The translations under genes and the position numbers were made by a program. DNA of 64,000 nucleotides from Candidatus Enterousia sp. (GTDB taxonomy: Bacteria > Pseudomonadota > Alphaproteobacteria > Rs-D84). Shown in pieces: positions 46,521 through 53,255 of this stretch (position 1 is its first letter; each line of letters starts with the position of its first letter). Where the stretch lies: contig JAZROX010000052.1 in assembly GCA_045648945.1 (NCBI GenBank), positions 8,417 through 72,416 on the forward strand. Reading direction: 5' to 3'. The notes beneath the pieces were generated by a model, which saw nothing but the letters and a program-made list of their open reading frames with translations, made no database searches and was not told the DNA's origin.

Positions 46521-47135
46521 ATGAATATAAAAATAATTGGTTTTTTGGCGGCCGTGATAGGCGCGCCGGCGTTCGCCGAAGACGTCGTGGAAGATATTGT
46601 TTATGATGATGTCGAATTTGTGGATGTGGGTGCCATGATCGAGGTTCCTGCCCCGCGTGCGGTCGTTGAACGACTTTCGTGTGACGAAATAAATGAACGT
46701 GTGGCGGAACTGCGCGAAGATGTAAAATCTTATCCGGATTTAGAGGCGGATTTAGAATATATGGTTGCGCGTCAACGTGCGCAATGTGCAACGCGCGCAA
46801 ATCGGCGTCCCGTGCATAACTATCAAAATGTAAATCCGGCCGTGGTGTTGGAAGAAACGGAAATAGCGGAAGAAGAGGTCGCAGAAGAGCAGGTCGAATC
46901 GGATGCATCCATTGCGGTCGAGGTCGCGCCAGTTGTGGAAAAAACACCAGAAGAATTGGCGGCCGAATTGGTGGTGATAGAAGAAAATCGTGCCAAGGGA
47001 CTTTGTGACGACGGTAACAAACCAAATAGGTTTGGTTGCTGCGCCGGTGAAAAGTTCAAAGAGGTTTCGCAAATGCAATTTGCATGCTGTCCAAAAGAAG
47101 GCGATGGCGAATGCGTTGAACCGCGCCGGAAATAA
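46521..47135 (+). CDS. Secreted acidic protein with Cys-rich C-terminus (204 aa)
   Basis: Signal peptide MNIKIIGFLAAVIGAPAFA, an E/V-rich centre, and C-terminal CDDG...CCAGEKF...ACCPKEGDGEC. Confidence 0.5.
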   Translation: MNIKIIGFLAAVIGAPAFAEDVVEDIVYDDVEFVDVGAMIEVPAPRAVVERLSCDEINERVAELREDVKSYPDLEADLEYMVARQRAQCATRANRRPVHNYQNVNPAVVLEETEIAEEEVAEEQVESDASIAVEVAPVVEKTPEELAAELVVIEENRAKGLCDDGNKPNRFGCCAGEKFKEVSQMQFACCPKEGDGECVEPRRK

Positions 47136-47153
47136 TCTGTATAATGGTTGGTG

Positions 47154-47699
47154 TTATTTGCGTTTGGGTTTATAAATTGGGTGTTTTTGTTTGATATATT
47201 CGCCCAGGATTTGTTCGCCGGTTTCAGATTCTATATTTCCGTATACGGTGATTTTTCGGCGTTTGAATTCTTTTAACCAATCGGGTTTGAAACCTTCATC
47301 GAATCCGGTTATGGCCTCTACACGATTAGATGGTACACCGTAATAAACCGCGCCAATGCCGGACCACATAATGCCACCCAAACACATCATACATGGTTCT
47401 GCGGTTACGTATAATGACAGGTTGCGTCCCGATAAATCGTGTGTTTTGAAAAATTTTTCGGCCGTATGGATCGCGTTCATTTCTGCGTGATTGTGGCTGC
47501 ATCCGGCCTTGACCACGGTATTTGCAGATTTCGCCACCAAATGGCCGCGTCCGTCATAAATCGCCGCCAAGAATGGACCGTGCCCGCGTGCGATGTAACC
47601 GGGCAATTCGGCGTATAGTTCGGAAATAATGCGTCGTGCCCGCGCCAATTTACGCGCGTTGATTTTTTCATTTGCGATGATGGTTGTTTGTGATTTCAT
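47154..47699 (-). CDS. CDA-fold nucleoside/nucleobase deaminase (guanine/tRNA-adenosine deaminase-like)
   Basis: Zinc motifs HAEMNAI and PCMMCLGGI. Confidence 0.8.
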   Translation of the reverse strand: MKSQTTIIANEKINARKLARARRIISELYAELPGYIARGHGPFLAAIYDGRGHLVAKSANTVVKAGCSHNHAEMNAIHTAEKFFKTHDLSGRNLSLYVTAEPCMMCLGGIMWSGIGAVYYGVPSNRVEAITGFDEGFKPDWLKEFKRRKITVYGNIESETGEQILGEYIKQKHPIYKPKRK

Positions 47700-47706
47700 T
47701 TATGTT

Positions 47707-48204
47707 CTACCTGCGTATTTGTGTGTTTTGTGGTTGTTCCGGTGGTAAAGGTTTTACAATATTATTCAGGCTTAATTCAGGAACATCTCGCATCAAATTT
47801 TGCATGCCGTTGGCAACATGCTTGGCCGCGGTATCCATATTTTCTGTCAACCATTTGCGATTACCGTTTGAAAATTCTTGAATTATTTGGTCTTTTACAT
47901 ATTTATTGTATGCAGCCAAGAACATTTTTTTAAGGCGTTCTGTGTCCGTTACGTATCGATTGTCAAAGACCAGTGACATACCAAAAAATGACCCGGGTCG
48001 CCCGTTGATATCACAAAAACTGTGTCCCGGTTTTTTATTTACCAAGAAAGAGTAAAAAACTTTGTTCTTGCGGCGGGTGATATTAAGAACCATTTCATTT
48101 TTGTTCATGCCATCATAGAAAAGCCCCAGGAAATTCTCCGTATCGGCATCGCATGCTGAATTTTGAAAACCAAGTGGGACACCAAATAAGTAAAGTTCTG
48201 CCAT
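47707..48204 (-). CDS. Hypothetical protein (165 aa), co-transcribed with the deaminase
   Basis: Only 7 nt separate it from the deaminase start. No motif recognised. Confidence 0.5.
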   Translation of the reverse strand: MAELYLFGVPLGFQNSACDADTENFLGLFYDGMNKNEMVLNITRRKNKVFYSFLVNKKPGHSFCDINGRPGSFFGMSLVFDNRYVTDTERLKKMFLAAYNKYVKDQIIQEFSNGNRKWLTENMDTAAKHVANGMQNLMRDVPELSLNNIVKPLPPEQPQNTQIRR

Positions 48205-48272
48205 AGTCTATATCCTTTTTCCATATTGTATCATATTTATGTGGCGGGGGGTAGAGTTTTCTGTGCCGGAAT

Positions 48273-48447
48273 GCGCACGGGTGCCTCGATACACAATAAC
48301 AAAAATCAAAAAAATCTCCGCGGGTCGATTTTTTAAGATTTTTCTAATTGTGTATTCTCGTATTGGTGCTGCGCCCGACGGGCTCGCACCGATCCGTGCG
48401 CAGACCAAAAATTAAACCGGCAGAGCCGGTTGAATTTTTGGTTGGGG
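48273..48447. repeat. Copy 1 of the tRNA-Gln-downstream module (long hairpin, terminator hairpin, and 10 nt of the tRNA 3' end)
   Basis: - 48273-48364 matches 50414-50504, with internal inverted repeat CTCGATACACAATAACAAAAATC / GATTTTTCTAATTGTGTATTCTCG.
- 48404-48447 matches 50629-50672 with 3 mismatches. Confidence 0.85.
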
Positions 48448-48462
48448 TGTGTGGGCGAAACG
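48440..48462 (+). repeat. Left 23-nt inverted repeat of the two-gene cassette
   Basis: GGTTGGGGTGTGTGGGCGAAACG. Its reverse complement recurs at 49855-49877 with 2 mismatches. Confidence 0.85.
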
Positions 48463-48531
48463 CAGGTTGAATTATAGTTGCAAAAAATAATACAGCGGAA
48501 TATAATCACAGTGTTATAAAAAGGATGGAAT

Positions 48532-49140
48532 ATGAAAAAATTTTTTGCTTTGTTATGTTTTGTTTTATCTGGTTGTGTTTCAGTTGATATGAATAAAGTC
48601 ATGACTGTAAATGAAACAGATACAGAAAAATTGCCAACATTAGAAACTGTGTATATTGATGCTACATCAAAAGTACCACAATATTGGGAAGCTGGAGCCA
48701 AAGTCGTACAAAGTGGCTCTAATAGGGCAACGTTATTTTATCAACAAATCGAAAAAAATCTGACAGACCCATATGGTGATATGCATGGTTATATAGAATT
48801 GCGCGATAATACATTTTTAAATGGTCCAGACCCTGTTAAAGTTGGAGATGCTTGGGGTGCGATGTCTATAGTAACCCTTGGTGTTTTTAATTTGGTTGGT
48901 ATGCCGGCGTATCATTTTAAACCATATAGTGAAATTAATGTTCGTGTATTAGATAAAACAGGGAAACTTATAAAACGCTACCAAGCTAGTTTTGAAGATT
49001 CTGAATATGCAGCATTATATTGGGGGTATTCGTTAGGTGCTGGGGATGAATTATTGTTAAGAACATATAGAAAAGCGCTTGATGATGTTATAGAACAAAT
49101 GCAAAACGATAAAGAATTTTTATTAAAGAAATTAAAATAA
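48532..49140 (+). CDS. Lipoprotein, unknown function (202 aa)
   Basis: Lipobox VLSGC, GGA-rich Shine-Dalgarno sequence (AAAGGATGG), and very AT-rich coding sequence. Confidence 0.6.
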   Translation: MKKFFALLCFVLSGCVSVDMNKVMTVNETDTEKLPTLETVYIDATSKVPQYWEAGAKVVQSGSNRATLFYQQIEKNLTDPYGDMHGYIELRDNTFLNGPDPVKVGDAWGAMSIVTLGVFNLVGMPAYHFKPYSEINVRVLDKTGKLIKRYQASFEDSEYAALYWGYSLGAGDELLLRTYRKALDDVIEQMQNDKEFLLKKLK

Positions 49141-49165
49141 TAAGTTTGATATTCTTATAATCGTG

Positions 49166-49846
49166 ATGGATGATATATTGTATAATTTTGATAGAGAATA
49201 TGGCAATATAGTGGAGTATAATGCTAGAGATGTATCTTGGGTTCATATAGAAAAATTGAATATATTTTATACTGCTATAAATGCCAGTCTAAAAAGTTTG
49301 AAGAAAGAATTAAATCGCTTGCCGATATTGAAATCTCCTTTGGAATATAGAACAGATTTGTTTAATGAGGTTCTAAATGAAATGAGACAGACAGCAATAG
49401 TTGGCATATTTCATTTATGGTTACATAATTTACAAGAATTTTTGGCTATCGGTGGTGATTTTAATAATAACAAAAAAATAAAACTCATCAGTAGTCCAAC
49501 TGAAACTATTTTAAACTTGTTTAATGAAGATAAAATCTTGCAATCATTGGTTCCTGTATTAGAAAAATACGGATATTTGGTAAATACGATAAAACATGGA
49601 ATAGGTTCTTCTTATAAAAAGTTGCAACATTTATATCCAGAATTTTTTGTAGAACCTGGGGAATACAAAGAAGAGCTTATTTTAGATGGTGAAAGTTATG
49701 ATTCTACAATAGCTATGCCACCCTATGTTTTACAAAATCATATAGATGAATTTTACAAAACCGCAAAAAAATTCTGGCAAAATATTCCGGAAAAACTAGT
49801 TATAGATTTCACAGAAAAAATACCAAAGCGAGTTATAAAAGCATAA
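49166..49846 (+). CDS. Hypothetical cytoplasmic protein (226 aa)
   Basis: ORF fills the cassette up to the right inverted repeat. No motif recognised. A GTG at 49163 is an alternative start. Confidence 0.55.
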   Translation: MDDILYNFDREYGNIVEYNARDVSWVHIEKLNIFYTAINASLKSLKKELNRLPILKSPLEYRTDLFNEVLNEMRQTAIVGIFHLWLHNLQEFLAIGGDFNNNKKIKLISSPTETILNLFNEDKILQSLVPVLEKYGYLVNTIKHGIGSSYKKLQHLYPEFFVEPGEYKEELILDGESYDSTIAMPPYVLQNHIDEFYKTAKKFWQNIPEKLVIDFTEKIPKRVIKA

Positions 49847-49854
49847 ATTTTATT

Positions 49855-49877
49855 CGTTTCGCCCGCACACCACAACC
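49855..49877 (-). repeat. Right 23-nt inverted repeat of the two-gene cassette
   Basis: The plus strand reads CGTTTCGCCCGCACACCACAACC, which is the reverse complement of the left repeat (21/23 identical). Confidence 0.85.
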
Positions 49878-50118
49878 ACATTGAATATAAATACTAAATA
49901 TAGCGGTTTTAGGTTGGTTTTCTTTCGTTTTTATTAGTTCGAAAGTTTTTGAATGTCTTGATTTTTATAAATTGTATCCGTATACTCCAATTGTGCTTGT
50001 CAGAGAGTTGGTTCTTTGCTTGAAACACATTATTTTAGTCAGGACAACAGATGGCGACAATAATGTTGTTATCGAGTACATGGTGAACTTTAATTCACCT
50101 GAATAAAAAGGACTCAAA

Positions 50119-50229
50119 ATGAGTACAATAAAAAGGGCTAGAAGCGCTGTCAATGGTAGATTCGTACCAATGAAAGTGGCTCAAAAGCAGCCAAAAACTC
50201 ATGTTGTTGAAACTATAAAGCGGAAGTAA
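50119..50229 (+). CDS. 36-aa basic small protein (MSTIKRARSAVNGRFVPMKVAQKQPKTHVVETIKRK)
   Basis: AAAAAGGA Shine-Dalgarno sequence 8 nt upstream. The R.A..GRFV....A...P.T.V.ET motif resembles a widespread small-protein family (from memory only). Too short to appear in the ORF track. Confidence 0.4.
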   Translation: MSTIKRARSAVNGRFVPMKVAQKQPKTHVVETIKRK

Positions 50230-50413
50230 ACAACATAATTCTCTCTGACAGGTGCATTATACCATAAATTATGACAAAAATATACAGTTATTTTTAATAG
50301 TTCGAAAGTGTTAGTAAGAACGCTGTTTCCCTAAATTAAACTTTCGAACTCGCCAAAGCCTTATGTTTCAAACAAAAAATGCCCCGAAGGACATTTTGTT
50401 AACTTTGGTTGGG

Positions 50414-50672
50414 GCGCACGTGTGCCTCGATACGCAATAATAAAAATCAAAAAAATCTTGTTCCTGCGATTTTTGTGATTTTTCTAATTGTGTATTCTCG
50501 TATTCGCTCGCACGGCACTGTGGTGCCGGCTGCGCGCAACCCGTAACGATTTGGCTGTGCTTTGCTTGCCAAATCTACTTGGTTTCGAACCGGCAACTTT
50601 GTTGCGGATTACGAACCTTGGCCACAGAACCAAAAATTAAACCGGCAAAGCCGGTTAAATTCTTGGTTGGGG
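50414..50672. repeat. Copy 2 of the tRNA-Gln-downstream module (native copy, contiguous with the tRNA)
   Basis: Preceded by TTGGTTGGGGCGC (50405-50417), a 13-nt copy of the tRNA-Gln 3' end (50663-50675). Confidence 0.85.
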
Positions 50673-50737
50673 CGCTCGGATTCGAACCAAGATAAAGAGA
50701 ACCAAAATCTCTTGTCCTACCATTAGACGACACCCCA
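50664..50737 (-). tRNA. tRNA-Gln (TTG)
   Basis: The minus strand reads TGGGGTG...CGCCCCAACCA. It has the U1-A72 pair typical of tRNA-Gln, anticodon stem AGAGA/TCTCT with loop TTTTGGT, T arm CTTGG-TTCGAAT-CCGAG, and encoded CCA. Confidence 0.9.
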
Positions 50738-50879
50738 AAAGTGCTTGTATTATATATGTTTTTATGGCTTTTTCAATAATAAAATATTTTTTTGCATTTT
50801 GGACTTGAATTTATAATTATTAAAAATTATAATGATTGTCGGTTTTAACGTATAGGAATCTATAACAAAGGGGGCGGAT

Positions 50880-51329
50880 ATGGTCCGTAAAGAGTTAGTG
50901 AGTCTGTTGGAAAAGAATATTTTGCTGTTCGCGAAACTGTCCGAACGCATCAATCGTGATATGGTCAATTTTGGCGAATATTCCCGCCAGCAGGCGCAGT
51001 TTCTGATTCGTCTGTATCTGGGTGGGCGCGTGCGGTTAAAGGATTTGGCGGCACGGGAATTCTTGCCGGCGCCGAATTTATGTGCCGCGTTCCGTAAAAT
51101 GGAACGTGATGGGTTGGTTTTACGCACCGTGGACGAAGATGATCGGCGTAATACATGGTATTCGGTGACGGACCGCGGGGCGGCCTTGGCGAATCGGTTT
51201 ATTGATATGTTTCACCAGGCGATTTCGACCATATTTAAAGATATTGATAAAGATGACGAGGAAGAATTAATCAAATCTTTCAAAACCATGAATGGTATTC
51301 TGATGAAAATGGAGTCGAAAAATGCGTAA
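50880..51329 (+). CDS. MarR-family transcriptional regulator
   Basis: Winged-helix block RLKDLAAREFLPAPNLCAAFRKMERDGLVLRTVDEDDRRNTWYSVTDRG. Overlaps the TolC-like gene by 8 nt. Confidence 0.85.
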   Translation: MVRKELVSLLEKNILLFAKLSERINRDMVNFGEYSRQQAQFLIRLYLGGRVRLKDLAAREFLPAPNLCAAFRKMERDGLVLRTVDEDDRRNTWYSVTDRGAALANRFIDMFHQAISTIFKDIDKDDEEELIKSFKTMNGILMKMESKNA

Positions 51330-52641
51330 ATTTTTTATGGGTTTAATCGCGCTATACGCCGGATTTTTCTGTGTAGGGGCAAATGCGATGGATTTGTCTT
51401 TGAATGATGCAATCCAGAAAATCGTTGCCGAATCGCATGATTTAAAAAAGGCGGATGCAAACCTGAAAAAGGCCCAGGCTTCTTTGGATGCCGCAAATGC
51501 GGCGCGTTGGTTTAATGTAGAAGGGTCGGCGACATATATGAATTTGGTTAATGTGGAAAAACCGTTCGATTCATATAACCTGAAATTGCCACCGGAAATT
51601 GGTGGGCTGATTCCGCAACTGGCCGGAATAGATAGCCTAGATATTCCAGATAACATATTTATGGCCGAGGTCACAGTTACACAACCAATTTATACTTTTG
51701 GTAAAATTGGTAATGCGGTGGATAGTGTGCGTAACGCAATCAAGGCCAGTGAATACAGTAAAGAAATGGTCATGCGAGAGGTCAAATATGCCGCCGCAGA
51801 TATGTATTGGACCGCAAAAATGACCGAAGAAATTGTCAAAATTTCCAAGAAAGATTTAGATGATGCCCGGTCTGCAAAGCGGAATATTGCCGTGGCGGGG
51901 CGTGCGAATAGGGCGAATTTGGTTAAAATAGAATCTGATATTGCGACCAAAGAAATCGGTTTGTCCGATGCGGAATTTAACCGTGATACGGCGCATCGTA
52001 TGTTGAAAATATTGGCCGGAATCGATATAGACGAACCGTTGAACCTGACCGATGAATTCCCGGATAAATTTGATGATATACCGGATAAAAAATTGACCAA
52101 TACGCCGGAATGGATGGTGTTGGACCAACAGGTAAAAATGTATGAATCCAAGGCCGCATCGCAACGCGCAAACGGGTATCCGACATTGGCGGCGGTTGGT
52201 TCTTATACTTATTCGACAATGGGTAATAGTGTTAAACACCTGTTCGATAAAGATGGCGCCCAATCGGCGTATTGGGGGTTGGCGTTAAAGGTGCCAATTT
52301 TTAGTGGTGGGGTTAATCGTGCAAACGCAACGGTTGATGTAATGAATGCCGAGGCCGCCCGGCAAGATTTGGAAAAGTCTAAAAAGATTACGGCGGAAAA
52401 ATATGCAAATGCGATAAAGCAATATAATCATTTGCGTGATAACCTGGCCGGATTAGAGAATGCACGTGATTTGGCGGCACGGGCGTACGGGTTTTCGCGT
52501 GATCGCTTTGCCGCCGGACAAACGTCGGCGGTCGAATTGGCGGATGTCTCGGCAAGTCTGCATCAATTAGATATGGCGTTGTTAAATGCAAAATATAAGA
52601 TTCTGATGTCTGCCGAATCGGTGAAAAAATTGGGAGAATAA
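51322..52641 (+). CDS. TolC-family outer-membrane efflux protein
   Basis: Signal peptide, then LSLNDAIQKIVAESHDLKKADANLKKAQASLDAANA. A two-fold internal repeat of coiled-coil/beta segments. 439 aa. Confidence 0.85.
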   Translation: MRKFFMGLIALYAGFFCVGANAMDLSLNDAIQKIVAESHDLKKADANLKKAQASLDAANAARWFNVEGSATYMNLVNVEKPFDSYNLKLPPEIGGLIPQLAGIDSLDIPDNIFMAEVTVTQPIYTFGKIGNAVDSVRNAIKASEYSKEMVMREVKYAAADMYWTAKMTEEIVKISKKDLDDARSAKRNIAVAGRANRANLVKIESDIATKEIGLSDAEFNRDTAHRMLKILAGIDIDEPLNLTDEFPDKFDDIPDKKLTNTPEWMVLDQQVKMYESKAASQRANGYPTLAAVGSYTYSTMGNSVKHLFDKDGAQSAYWGLALKVPIFSGGVNRANATVDVMNAEAARQDLEKSKKITAEKYANAIKQYNHLRDNLAGLENARDLAARAYGFSRDRFAAGQTSAVELADVSASLHQLDMALLNAKYKILMSAESVKKLGE

Positions 52642-52643
52642 TT

Positions 52644-53240
52644 ATGAAAATATTGGGACGAGAATTTGACGATAAAAAATTAAAGAAAAATCTGTATACG
52701 GCGGTTTTGGTCGTATTGGCCGGTTGGTTCGTGTATCGTTTTGTTATGGTTGCAATCGAATCAAGAATGGTCGTTTTTAATCCGGTTCGTGACGCAAATA
52801 AAAATGGAACACTGGTTGAAACATTGGTGGCGAAAAAGCAAGATGGGACCATAAATTTTCCAATAGTCATAAAAAATAATCGCGCGTATGTATCGGGTAT
52901 AATGCGTGCGAAACTGCGTCCCGGCCAGAATATTTCCGAAGGCGGAAGGGTTGCGAATGTATCAAGTTCTTTGGATTTTGATTCGGGTATGTATATTGTT
53001 CAAACGCGCGACGCAAATGATGGTGTAAATAATGTTCAGATTCAGTGCAGCGGGTTTTACATTCCGGTCTATGCGGTGCGTGACGGTGTTGTTATGGTTG
53101 AAAAATCGGGGGTTGCGGTGTCGCAAAATGTGAATGTGACCGCACAAGATTCAGATATCGCATGTATTTCGGGTGGAATAAACGATGGTGATATCGTGAT
53201 TTTGTCCAAGGTTTCAAATAATCAAAAAGTTAGTAAATAA
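52644..53240 (+). CDS. Unusually short (198 aa) RND periplasmic adaptor-like protein
   Basis: N-terminal TM anchor. C-terminal GVVMVEKSGVAVSQNVNVTAQDSDIACISGGINDGDIVILS resembles the adaptor beta-barrel/MP region. It occupies the adaptor position between the TolC and RND genes, and no coiled-coil hairpin is evident. Confidence 0.55.
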   Translation: MKILGREFDDKKLKKNLYTAVLVVLAGWFVYRFVMVAIESRMVVFNPVRDANKNGTLVETLVAKKQDGTINFPIVIKNNRAYVSGIMRAKLRPGQNISEGGRVANVSSSLDFDSGMYIVQTRDANDGVNNVQIQCSGFYIPVYAVRDGVVMVEKSGVAVSQNVNVTAQDSDIACISGGINDGDIVILSKVSNNQKVSK

Positions 53241-53255
53241 TTCGGGGGATTCGAT

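Noticed and set aside
50395-50663. Possible tmRNA or second tRNA-like gene on the minus strand downstream of tRNA-Gln (GGTTCGTAATCC and GGTTCGAAACC boxes, ...GCGCCCCAACCA end)
   Set aside because: No acceptor-stem partner, no canonical T-arm adjacent to the CCA-like end, and no tag-peptide reading frame. The ACCA-terminated stretch is only a 13-nt copy of the tRNA-Gln end, so it is better explained as an att remnant.
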